Source: an uncultured Christensenella sp. (GTDB lineage Bacteria > Bacillota > Clostridia > Christensenellales > UBA1242). From it: a stretch of DNA of 64,000 bases. The stretch covers positions 24,608-88,607 of the forward strand of contig CASDOR010000027.1 of NCBI GenBank assembly GCA_949282135.1, read 5' to 3'. The translations under genes were made by a program, and so were the position numbers. Positions 47,474 through 55,813 of the stretch are shown here, piece by piece (position 1 is the stretch's first letter; each line of letters starts with the position of its first letter). Under the pieces are notes generated by a model, which was not told the DNA's origin, did no database searches, and was given only the letters and a program-made list of their open reading frames with translations.

Positions 47474-48493
47474 CTACTCTTTTTCTAGATAACGTTTTAG
47501 TACCTTAATCTTATTTTCTTTGGTCCTTTCTTGTACTGCTCTGTATTCTTCTCTGTTTAGATCCGTCTTGCTTAAGATTATCTCTTCTATGCGTTTTTGA
47601 GCTTCTTTTCTTCTTTGTTTTATTTCTTCCATTGTTTCGTGGTTTTCGACGTCGTACAGCTTGTCAAAATACCTTGCCGGTCTTACAGCTAGAGCTTTTC
47701 CTCGTTTGTTTAGTATAATTTCGTCATACTTGTATATATTGTCTTTATTTTCTTCGTAATAATCTCTCGCTATACCTGGTCTACGTGACATTCGAACGAA
47801 CTCTGGCTCTATGCCTAATTCTTCATATATTTTTGCTCCTTGTCCTTTTTGTTTTTTCATGACATACCTTGCGACATACCCGGCGCTGTCCCATGTTACA
47901 CTGCCTATACGTATTATTCCTTTCCCCCATAATTTTTGTATGTAATCGCTCGTCCATTGCACTTCACCCTTGTGGCTTTTTTCTGCTAATGTTAGGTCCG
48001 GTATGTGTGTGTTAAAAAGTATTGCGTGGTAATGTGGTCTTCCGCGTTTGTCTCCGTACTCACCGCACGAATAATATCTTGTATGCATTTCATAGTGCCT
48101 AGTTTGGTTGGTGTTTAGGTTGTTCAAGAAGTCCTTTAGGTCCTTCGGTCTTAGAGTTTCGACTATTTCTTGCTTGACTACCTCTCCGGTTTCTGTGTCT
48201 ATGTCTTGGATTATATTATATGGTAAGTGGTTGTTATCGTATGTTAGAGTGACGAAATAGTTCTCCTGGTACTTTTCAGCTTCGAGCATGCACCTTGTTG
48301 CCCACATGCGTGCATGGTCCAGTCTACATCCAATACAATTTCCGCATTGGACTTCTTGTACTGGGTATAGTCTACCTTTTATTTTTGCCCATGCGTTGCG
48401 TATAACTTCATTGTATTTTAAGATTTTAAGGTCTTGTTTTCCGTTATCTTTTATGCCTAAATTTACAGCTTTGAGTGGATGGTAACAGCTCAT
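47474..48493 (-). CDS. Microvirus replication initiation protein (VP4 / gpA-like rolling-circle Rep)
   Basis: 339 aa with MSCYHPL.. N-terminus, CGNCIGCR zinc knuckle, motif 1 FVTLTY, HUH motif RPHYHAILF and Tyr motif AGYVARYVMKK. SD aaggagg. Confidence 0.85.
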   Translation of the reverse strand: MSCYHPLKAVNLGIKDNGKQDLKILKYNEVIRNAWAKIKGRLYPVQEVQCGNCIGCRLDHARMWATRCMLEAEKYQENYFVTLTYDNNHLPYNIIQDIDTETGEVVKQEIVETLRPKDLKDFLNNLNTNQTRHYEMHTRYYSCGEYGDKRGRPHYHAILFNTHIPDLTLAEKSHKGEVQWTSDYIQKLWGKGIIRIGSVTWDSAGYVARYVMKKQKGQGAKIYEELGIEPEFVRMSRRPGIARDYYEENKDNIYKYDEIILNKRGKALAVRPARYFDKLYDVENHETMEEIKQRRKEAQKRIEEIILSKTDLNREEYRAVQERTKENKIKVLKRYLEKE

Positions 48494-48524
48494 TTTTTAA
48501 CCTCCTTAAAACCTCTTTCAGAGG

Positions 48525-48560
48525 GTCGGCACAATTCCCTCTTGTTGTAATTGTGCCGAC
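48525..48560. other. Perfect 12-bp stem-loop between VP2 and VP4 genes
   Basis: GTCGGCACAATT-12 nt-AATTGTGCCGAC. A second small hairpin (CCTCT-ttc-AGAGG, 48512-48524) is adjacent. Confidence 0.6.
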
Positions 48561-48609
48561 TGACACAAAATGTCCTTTTTTTTGTACATTTTGCACAAAA
48601 AATTTTGTG

Positions 48610-49032
48610 TCATTTGCCAAACCCTATATTGTAGTTTTTTGTTCCTTTTCCGCCTGCTATTATTTCTATCACTCTAATTGCGTTTGAGGCAAATTTTCCG
48701 CTACTTCCAGCACTTGCGTTGCTGTTTGCTGCAGTTCCGCTTGCTGTTGCTCCTCCAGGAGTATATGCTCCCATTCCTCCAGTTGCTGTAAGTATAGGGT
48801 TAATACCTGCAGCTTTGAGGTCTGCTACTTCTCTTTGGTGTGCTGTATTACTTAATCTTTCTTGATATTTTCTATTTATTTCTGCTTGTTCTGCATTGAA
48901 TAATCTGTTGATTTCTGCCTGTTCTGCGTTGTATGCACGGTCTCTTGATGCGCTGCCCCATCCTAGTGCATCCCCTAGATCGTTCCAAAATCCTCCGTAG
49001 TTGTTGCTATTTCCTATTGCTGATGTTGCCAT
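48610..49032 (-). CDS. Microvirus minor capsid / DNA pilot protein (VP2-like)
   Basis: 140 aa, Gly/Ala/Asn-rich, with the [17 protein letters not shown] signature seen in gokushovirus-type VP2. It has an internal duplication NAEQAEINR x2. SD aggagg. It sits directly after VP1. Confidence 0.6.
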   Translation of the reverse strand: MATSAIGNSNNYGGFWNDLGDALGWGSASRDRAYNAEQAEINRLFNAEQAEINRKYQERLSNTAHQREVADLKAAGINPILTATGGMGAYTPGGATASGTAANSNASAGSSGKFASNAIRVIEIIAGGKGTKNYNIGFGK

Positions 49033-49044
49033 ATTGTCCTCCTA

Positions 49045-50742
49045 TTAGTGATGGTCTATAAGTCCTGGTATGCTTGTAACAGGCATTGGTCGAGTGCACT
49101 TATAAGAAAAATAAAAGTCAGCTATCCATTGGTCTTCCACGGTTGATTGTACTGCAAGTGTACGGTCTACGTTGGCGGTTGTTTCTTGTATCCACGTTGG
49201 TCCTAAGATTGGTAAGCTTGAGTAATTGTCACCATAGTGCCAGCTGTCTAGACTCTGCGCGTAAGTGCTTCTTAGTGCCCCGGTTATTTGGTTAGGCTTA
49301 TACCTATATTCAGCCCATGCTTCTTGGTAGCCGAATGCTTCATTGTCACTTGCGTTTCCTTGAGCATATATTTCCTTGTTAAGAATTGCCTGTTCGCCTA
49401 TGTTCGCTAGACTTGGGAAGTAGAAATCTTCTCTTTTTGTCCTGGAGAACATTTTGTTTATGCCTTGCTGGTAAGAGTGTAAGGTTCTTACAACTGCTAA
49501 GCCTAAGATTATTTCGTGTTCGGTGAACGATTTTGTGAATGCTATTTCTTGGTCGGTTGTGTATGAGAATGCTGCAGTATTACCTTGAGGTGTTGTTGTA
49601 TCAGTACTAGAGGTTTGTAAAACCTGGTAGTTATTGATAGGTATACGTTTGCCGCCTAGGTATTCCGGTCTTTGCTGTCTTGCGTCAGGACTCGTAATTC
49701 CAAAGTGTGCTTTTATGATTTCGATATATCTTGTACCGCCTCTTGCGTCTTTTTCTAGCATTCTTTGTAATGCAAAGCTCATACGTAATTGGTTGACAGT
49801 ACTTGCTGTTGCTTGACTTAGATCTGTAATTACACCGCTATATTCTTTTCTTTCGTCTAGTCCTAGCATATATTTTGTTCCTTCGTTACTTCCCATATTT
49901 ATTTTTTCTGCGTCACTATTTGCACCTTTTTTAACGTCTTGGCCATTTACACTATATAATCCTAGAGTGTTATTTACTGTATTACTATGTTGTCCTCCTA
50001 GGTATACTTTTGATCCTTCTGGATTGCTAAAATAATTAATTCCGATTGCATTTCCATTGCCTATTACTGGAGCAGTATCTCCTAGTGGCAATAGTACATC
50101 TGGTCCTTTTTGTGGTTCTGGTAGGGCGCTGGTAAAATAGTCGTGATATTTTGCGGCTTTGAATGGCATGCCTCCGCATTGTAAGTCTGTTACATAATCT
50201 GTACCATTATTACCGGTTGTTGCACTGTCTCCAAGTGATAGAGCTGCTGGGTCTTGTAAGTTCTGGTCCCTAAACCAATCGTTAATGGTTAGAGTATATG
50301 CGCGTGGAAATAATGCGCTTACAGATATGCCACTTACTCCGGTTGGTATGCCCATATGGTCCATTATTGTCCCTTTTTGCCAGCCTCCACTAGGTGCTGT
50401 TATTTGTGGTATTTCGTATTCTGTCTCTTCTTCCCATGCTGAGGTTGTATTTTCGCCCATGAAGTTCTTCCAATGCTCCCATACAAGACGATTTGGCACA
50501 GCAAAAAAGTATATATCAAGGTATGCTTGGTCCATTACTGGGTGTATTGGTGTTGAGCCTCTGAGAAGTGTTCCAACGTTGATTTTTATTGTGTCTCCTG
50601 GTAATACTTCGTCTACTAGAATTGGTATAATTTCTCCGGTATTCATTGATGTGAGTTGCTTATGTGAGCGGTCAAACGTGCTTCTTGGTATGTCAATATT
50701 TGTTTGATTAATTGCAAATCTATTAGTTGCGTTGATGTTCAT
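49045..50742 (-). CDS. Microvirus major capsid protein (VP1 / F-like)
   Basis: 565 aa. The N-terminal block (IPRSTFDRSHKQLTSMNTGEIIPILVDEVLPGDT) is the hallmark VP1 start, and the size is typical. SD ggaggt. Confidence 0.85.
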   Translation of the reverse strand: MNINATNRFAINQTNIDIPRSTFDRSHKQLTSMNTGEIIPILVDEVLPGDTIKINVGTLLRGSTPIHPVMDQAYLDIYFFAVPNRLVWEHWKNFMGENTTSAWEEETEYEIPQITAPSGGWQKGTIMDHMGIPTGVSGISVSALFPRAYTLTINDWFRDQNLQDPAALSLGDSATTGNNGTDYVTDLQCGGMPFKAAKYHDYFTSALPEPQKGPDVLLPLGDTAPVIGNGNAIGINYFSNPEGSKVYLGGQHSNTVNNTLGLYSVNGQDVKKGANSDAEKINMGSNEGTKYMLGLDERKEYSGVITDLSQATASTVNQLRMSFALQRMLEKDARGGTRYIEIIKAHFGITSPDARQQRPEYLGGKRIPINNYQVLQTSSTDTTTPQGNTAAFSYTTDQEIAFTKSFTEHEIILGLAVVRTLHSYQQGINKMFSRTKREDFYFPSLANIGEQAILNKEIYAQGNASDNEAFGYQEAWAEYRYKPNQITGALRSTYAQSLDSWHYGDNYSSLPILGPTWIQETTANVDRTLAVQSTVEDQWIADFYFSYKCTRPMPVTSIPGLIDHH

Positions 50743-51241
50743 TTGTTGTTGTACCTCCGCTATTAGTTGTTTGCGTTGTAGTTGTAGTTACTGTTTCTTT
50801 GGTTTCTTCTTTTAGCTTTTTGCCTGTTGCTTTTTCGTATACTGCTGCATAAGTTCCATTTACTATACTTTCGACGTAATTTTGTACTGAGTAGTCTAGA
50901 GCTTTGCGGACTTCGAGTGGTTCTTGTGCAAATAGGTTTTCTCCCTTAATCCTTAGATTCTCCCACTCTGCTACAGTGCGTGGTAATTGTGTTAAGTCTA
51001 GGTAACTACCATTTCGTTTGTTGAGTAGTTCCGTCTCACCAGCTGCTACTCTCTTGAGTAAGTTTTCAATTTTAGTTTCTTCGAGTGGTGCTTGTGTTCT
51101 GTCATAGATATTTTTTGTTTTTTCAGTTTTTACGAGCACTTTGACACCTTTTTTTATTTGCATTTCATAGACCGGGATTTCTTTTTCTCCGCTTGGTGTT
51201 GGTGCGTTGGTGTAATAGTTATAATTTTTTCTAAATTCCAT
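50723..51241 (-). CDS. Microvirus internal scaffolding protein (VP3-like)
   Basis: 172 aa. YLDLTQLPRTVAEWENLRIKGENLFAQEPLEVRKAL resembles the conserved VP3 C-terminal region. It overlaps the VP1 start by 20 nt. Confidence 0.55.
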   Translation of the reverse strand: MEFRKNYNYYTNAPTPSGEKEIPVYEMQIKKGVKVLVKTEKTKNIYDRTQAPLEETKIENLLKRVAAGETELLNKRNGSYLDLTQLPRTVAEWENLRIKGENLFAQEPLEVRKALDYSVQNYVESIVNGTYAAVYEKATGKKLKEETKETVTTTTTQTTNSGGTTTNEHQRN

Positions 51242-51243
51242 AA

Positions 51244-51495
51244 TTACACCTCTTCTTTCAATTCTGATAGATTTGTGATAAATCTTACTTGTGGTACAAT
51301 TTCCCCGGTTTCGTCATTATAACTACCTACGCAATATAGTTGTTTGTCTTTGTAGTTTGTTTTAACTTCGTTATCTCCTGGATTATTTATCATATTTTTT
51401 ACGCTTCTGATTGCACTTCCGTCATTGACTCCGGCAAATGGTGTTGTCATTGCTCCTACTATAGTATCTTTGATTGTATATAATTTCATATTCAT
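51244..51495 (-). CDS. Hypothetical phage protein (83 aa)
   Basis: Strong SD (aaggag). It starts MNMKLYTIKDTIVGAMTTPFAGVNDGSAIRSVKNM.., which resembles a small non-structural protein family I recall from gut microviruses (not verifiable here). Confidence 0.55.
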   Translation of the reverse strand: MNMKLYTIKDTIVGAMTTPFAGVNDGSAIRSVKNMINNPGDNEVKTNYKDKQLYCVGSYNDETGEIVPQVRFITNLSELKEEV

Positions 51496-51591
51496 TTCTT
51501 ATTTCTCCTTTTTATTTTGTTTTTGTGATATTTCCGTTTTTGTCTATATATCCTATTATTTCGCCATCTTCTGTAACTGTGTCTATTATTC

Positions 51592-51717
51592 TCATAGTCT
51601 TGTACCTCCGCGTGTGTTCATTGGCGTGATATTTATTTTTTTTGTACTACTTGCTGTGTTTCGGAATATTTTTTTATCTAGGTTCTGATTTTTTATCTTC
51701 TTTCGTTTGTTTGCCAT
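51592..51717 (-). CDS. Highly basic 41-aa peptide (candidate J/ORF8-like DNA-packaging protein)
   Basis: Manual translation: MANKRKKIKNQNLDKKIFRNTASSTKKINITPMNTRGGTRL (12 K/R, 1 acidic). SD aaggag lies 7 nt upstream. Its stop overlaps (ATGA) the start of a further 27-aa ORF (51512-51595) that has SD ggaggt. Confidence 0.45.
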   Translation of the reverse strand: MANKRKKIKNQNLDKKIFRNTASSTKKINITPMNTRGGTRL

Positions 51718-51835
51718 CTTTTTCTCCTTTTAATTCTTTTTTTATTTTTTGTAATTTTTCTTGGTCTCTCTCTTCCCAGCTTAAGCTTTTTTGATACAAG
51801 TATTCTAGTATTGCCTGTTCTCTTGTCATTTTCAT
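51674..51835 (-). CDS. Hypothetical 53-aa charged protein
   Basis: Manual translation: MKMTREQAILEYLYQKSLSWEERDQEKLQKIKKELKGEKDGKQTKEDKKSEPR. It starts 4 nt after the stop of the 84-aa ORF and overlaps the basic-peptide ORF in another frame. Confidence 0.35.
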   Translation of the reverse strand: MKMTREQAILEYLYQKSLSWEERDQEKLQKIKKELKGEKDGKQTKEDKKSEPR

Positions 51836-51838
51836 TTT

Positions 51839-52093
51839 TTACAATTCCTTTTTTATATAATTTTTGATTGTGTTTTGTAATGTCTTATTATTAATTTCTA
51901 AGTTTTGTATTTTGCTTAGATTTTGTATTTGCGTTATACAATTTTTTAGTTGTTCGTTAATAATTTTATCTATCTTTTCAATTTCTTCACTGTTTGTTAC
52001 TTTCTTTTTTTTCTTGAATAATGCTATTAGTGAGAATGTCATAGATAATACTATTACTACTATTTGTAATATGTATAAGACTGTTTCTAACAT
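51839..52093 (-). CDS. Small membrane protein (N-terminal TM helix + coiled coil), first gene of the phage operon
   Basis: 84 aa. TVLYILQIVVIVLSMTFSLIALF is followed by KKKKK and a helical repeat-like tail. SD aaaggaaa. Confidence 0.55.
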   Translation of the reverse strand: MLETVLYILQIVVIVLSMTFSLIALFKKKKKVTNSEEIEKIDKIINEQLKNCITQIQNLSKIQNLEINNKTLQNTIKNYIKKEL

Positions 52094-52162
52094 TTTTGTA
52101 TTTCCTTTATATTATATTTGTATACACTTTTTGACTTTTAAAAAAGAGAATGTATTCTCTTA

Positions 52163-52192
52163 GTATTCGGGAAGATTGTATTTTACGAATAG
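52163..52192. other. attR: half-degenerate copy of the dif-like core (GTATTCGGGAAG-ATTGTA-TTTTACGAATAG)
   Basis: The right arm is identical to attL. The left arm matches the attL left arm at 8 of 12 positions. The spacer differs in its first two nucleotides. Confidence 0.65.
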
Positions 52193-52284
52193 TTTATGAC
52201 AATAAAGAAAAAAGAGAAAACAGCTAAAAATTAAGTGTAAGGGAGAATTTTTGTGCTCTTCCCTCTTTTTTATACGTTTATTAA

Positions 52285-52956
52285 TTAATATATTTCTAGC
52301 AAAAAAGCATAATTTTTTAGTTCATCTCTACTTTCTTTCCATGTTGGACAAACTTTTTCTAACTCCATATAAAATCTTGGCGAGTGATTGAGTTCTTTTA
52401 AATGAGTGAGTTCATGAAAAATTACAAAATCAATTAGCTTTGGTTTTACCATTGCGAGTCTCCAATTTAATTTTATTACTCCAAATCTATCACAACTTCC
52501 CCATTTTGCCCTGTAACTACCTATAATAATTTTACTAACATCATATTTGTAATTCTGTATAATGTCCTTAAATCTTTTTATAATTACCCTATCTGCTATT
52601 TCTTTTACTATTTTTTTTATATAAAAGGTCGTCTTTCCTGATTCGTAATATTTTTTAGGTAGCAAAAAATATTCTTCAGTAAAAGATGGTTTACTGACTT
52701 TATTTGTTGGAACAATGACATATTCTTTTCCAAATAGTAAAATATTTTCTAGTTTCATTACACTAGAAAATTTACTTGATAAAACACGCGCTTTGTTAAT
52801 TTTCTTTTCAAGTAATTTTTCTTTTGATTTTAAGATACTTTCTACCTTATCAAGAGCTAAGCCATAAGGACAATAGATGGTTATGTCCCCTTCCCTACTT
52901 ATTGTGATTTTAACACTTTTTCTTTTTTCTCTTATAATACTTGCTTTCTCAATCAT
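52285..52956 (-). CDS. DUF45/YgjP-like zinc metallopeptidase (M48-related)
   Basis: 223 aa. The C-terminal motif (DFVIFHELTHLKELNHSPRFY) has HExxH plus a downstream H, as in the YgjP/DUF45 family. Confidence 0.7.
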   Translation of the reverse strand: MIEKASIIREKRKSVKITISREGDITIYCPYGLALDKVESILKSKEKLLEKKINKARVLSSKFSSVMKLENILLFGKEYVIVPTNKVSKPSFTEEYFLLPKKYYESGKTTFYIKKIVKEIADRVIIKRFKDIIQNYKYDVSKIIIGSYRAKWGSCDRFGVIKLNWRLAMVKPKLIDFVIFHELTHLKELNHSPRFYMELEKVCPTWKESRDELKNYAFLLEIY

Positions 52957-53135
52957 AATTTAATACCTTTCTATATTTTATCATATTTTAAATAATTAAA
53001 AAAATCATTTAAAGTCAAATTTTGTTGACTAAAAAAAAACTATTTTGTAATATATAATTATATCTTAGATAATGTTTTTTATACAAGTTTTAAATGGTTG
53101 GATGACATTTATTTAGTAAATTAAGAAGGTGAAAA

Positions 53136-54821
53136 ATGCTTGAGTTTTCTGATAATAAAGCAACTAGAGGTAGTATCTCTCAAATTATAATTACTGCTTT
53201 GAGTTCTGGAGACAAATATGGTTATGAGATTTGTAAGGAAATTGAGAGATTGTCGAATGGTGTTTTAGTTTTAAAACAACCTAGTTTATATAGTAGCTTA
53301 CGTCGTATGGAGGAGCAAAATCTTATTTCTTCGTACTGGCAAGATAGCGACATTGGAGGAAAGAGACATTATTATTCTTTAACTGAAAAAGGTAGAGAGA
53401 TTTATGAAGAGAATAAAGATTCGCTTGACATGAATGAACTTATAAACAACTTACCTCTCAGTGAATTAGATTTGGAGGATTTTCAGCCAAATTCCAATAA
53501 TTTTGAAAGTAATAAGTCTACAGCAGTTGCAAGTCAGGAAAACTTATTTAATCTAGTTAACAAAACAAATGAGATAAAATTAATTAAAGAAGATGATAAT
53601 GATAACGAGAACAAATCGTTTGTTCAATTTGATTTGTTTGACCAAAAAGTTAATTTTATAAAGGACAATTCAAAAAATACAGACAAAGTGAACTTGTATT
53701 CAAATAAATATGAAAACCTAGACAAGCACGAAGAAGAAATTGAGCCTGATAAAACTGCAGAATTAGATCAAGAGATTAAGTTGGATCAAGAGATTAGACA
53801 AAAAGACCATTTAGATAATCAAGTTATTGAGCCTATTACAAGGAGTTCTCTATTTGGTAATCATGATAATAGTTCTATTCAAGATGATAGATCAGACATT
53901 ATTAGTGAAGGACCGCCTTCAGATAGTCAAAAAATTGAAGACGAAGCAAATAATCACAATTATGAAGTTGATGATGAGAATGCTACTACTATAAATGAAG
54001 TTGAAATAGTTGAGGATGAAGTAAAGTATGATCCTGAGAAAATAAAATGGAATAATATTTCGACATATGACCAAGATGATGAGGATTTAAAACAAAAATC
54101 AAATGATTATAAAAGTATAATTGGTCAATTATACAGTGATTCCAAGCTCCCTGACCCATATGAAGAAAATAAATTTTATACTTTTAAGGAGATCTTCCCT
54201 ACTGCACAGGTTAAAGAACAACATAAAGATAAAATTAAAACTACTGGCATAATAGACGCATTTGTTAACGAAAAGAATAATGTTAACTCCAATTTGGACA
54301 ATTTGACAACTTTAAGCGAGCAATTTAATTCGCAAGGTTTAAAAATAAAAATACATAATAATGATAATAATAAAAATAATTTAAGATTATATTCCGATAT
54401 AAATAAGTTAAATATGACCACATCATGGTACGTATCAATTATTATGATGCTTGAAATTGTGCTTTCATATGTGATATTAGATAACTACGATTATGTAATA
54501 AGCAAACAATCTTTAATGTTTTTTCTTGGGGGTTCTATTGCTATCAGTTTATTAATTGTCGCAACATTAGAAAATTTATTTGATAGATTTAAGCTGATTA
54601 TAATAAAAAGACAGTTTAAAAGAGATTTTGTTAAAGCATTTTTGTTATTTATATTTATTTGCGTTTTAACGTTTGCTATTTGTTTGATATCAGGGATGCA
54701 GAGTTTGGGACAAATTGAATATTTAAGTTACTGGTTGGTGCCTATTTTAGTTGCTTCAAACATAATAACCTATTGTATAATATTTCATTCCCTGCTAAAG
54801 TCTAAACATTATAATAACTAA
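53136..54821 (+). CDS. Membrane-anchored PadR-family transcriptional regulator
   Basis: 561 aa with an N-terminal PadR wHTH (GDKYGYEICKEIERLSNGVLVLKQPSLYSSLRRMEEQNLISSYW..GGKRHYYSLTEKG), a ~330-aa acidic/Asn-rich linker and about 4 C-terminal TM helices. Confidence 0.7.
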   Translation: MLEFSDNKATRGSISQIIITALSSGDKYGYEICKEIERLSNGVLVLKQPSLYSSLRRMEEQNLISSYWQDSDIGGKRHYYSLTEKGREIYEENKDSLDMNELINNLPLSELDLEDFQPNSNNFESNKSTAVASQENLFNLVNKTNEIKLIKEDDNDNENKSFVQFDLFDQKVNFIKDNSKNTDKVNLYSNKYENLDKHEEEIEPDKTAELDQEIKLDQEIRQKDHLDNQVIEPITRSSLFGNHDNSSIQDDRSDIISEGPPSDSQKIEDEANNHNYEVDDENATTINEVEIVEDEVKYDPEKIKWNNISTYDQDDEDLKQKSNDYKSIIGQLYSDSKLPDPYEENKFYTFKEIFPTAQVKEQHKDKIKTTGIIDAFVNEKNNVNSNLDNLTTLSEQFNSQGLKIKIHNNDNNKNNLRLYSDINKLNMTTSWYVSIIMMLEIVLSYVILDNYDYVISKQSLMFFLGGSIAISLLIVATLENLFDRFKLIIIKRQFKRDFVKAFLLFIFICVLTFAICLISGMQSLGQIEYLSYWLVPILVASNIITYCIIFHSLLKSKHYNN

Positions 54822-54871
54822 ATTATTTTACTATTAAAAACAAATACTATATAAAAAATGGAGTTGGAGTT

Positions 54872-55813
54872 TTGAGTAGAGTTGTATTAAAAGTAAAAAA
54901 TTTAACAAAAAAATTTAATGATAGAGTGGCTGTAAATAACCTCACCCTAGAAATTTCTGAGGGTGAGATTTTTGGTTTCTTAGGTCCAAATGGTGCTGGC
55001 AAAACAACCGCAATTAGGATGATAACTGGTCTAGCAAAAATGGATAGTGGCGAAGTTTACATTTGTGGTAAATCCATAAAAACTGAATTTGAAAAAGCTA
55101 TTGTAAATGTAGGCGGTATAATTGAAAATCCTGAAATGTACAAAAATTTCTCAGGTTTAGATAACCTAAAATATTATGCAAGTCTTTATAATGACATATC
55201 AAAAGAAAGAATAATGAACATAGTTGAGCTTGTTGAATTGAAAGATAGAATAAAAGACAAAGTAAAGACATATTCTCTTGGAATGAAACAAAGATTAGGT
55301 ATTGCTCAAGCTTTACTACATTATCCGAAATTATTAATTTTAGATGAGCCGACAAACGGACTAGATCCTAAGGGGATTATAGATTTAAGGCGTTTTCTTA
55401 AAAAAATATCACAAAAAGATAAAATGGCGATTTTGATTAGCAGTCATAACCTCAGTGAGATGGAATTGCTTTGTGATAAAATAGGAATTATAAATCATGG
55501 TAAACTTGAAGATATAAGAACTCTTGACCAACTAAAAGAATACAATAATAATGGACAAGTCGTACTAAAGGTTAACTTCCCTAACTATGCAGGTAAAATT
55601 ATAGCAAAAAAATATAATATTAGTAATATATCCATATATAAAAACACTCTAGTTGTTCCGTTAGATAACAAGTTAATTCCTGAATTAAGTGTGTTATTAA
55701 TTTCAAATGGAATAGCAATTTACTCTATTTCTGGTCAAACAAAAACTCTAGAGGATGTATTCCTTGATACAGTAAATAGACGGGCACTTCCTGCCCCAAA
55801 AGGAGCTAAATAA
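54872..55813 (+). CDS. ABC transporter ATP-binding protein
   Basis: 313 aa from a TTG start with Walker A GPNGAGKTT, signature YSLGMKQRL and Walker B LLILDEPTNGLD. Confidence 0.9.
   Translation: MSRVVLKVKNLTKKFNDRVAVNNLTLEISEGEIFGFLGPNGAGKTTAIRMITGLAKMDSGEVYICGKSIKTEFEKAIVNVGGIIENPEMYKNFSGLDNLKYYASLYNDISKERIMNIVELVELKDRIKDKVKTYSLGMKQRLGIAQALLHYPKLLILDEPTNGLDPKGIIDLRRFLKKISQKDKMAILISSHNLSEMELLCDKIGIINHGKLEDIRTLDQLKEYNNNGQVVLKVNFPNYAGKIIAKKYNISNISIYKNTLVVPLDNKLIPELSVLLISNGIAIYSISGQTKTLEDVFLDTVNRRALPAPKGAK

Larger units (their letters stand above)
46980..52194 (-). mobile_element. Integrated Microviridae (ssDNA phage) genome, ~5.2 kb, no integrase (IMEX-like)
   Basis: Contains VP1, VP2, VP3 and VP4(Rep)-like genes plus small ORFs, all on the minus strand with strong SDs and overlapping ends. 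It is bounded by the 18-bp perfect direct repeat TGTATTTTACGAATAGTT. The composition is visibly more G+C-rich than the flanks. Confidence 0.85.

Noticed and set aside
48475-52163. Plus-strand ORFs inside the prophage (48475-48687, 49086-49295, 49634-49816, 50285-50707, 51092-51322, 51425-51688, 51864-52163)
   Set aside because: They are antisense to motif-supported microvirus genes and lack SDs. Microvirus genomes are transcribed from one strand only.
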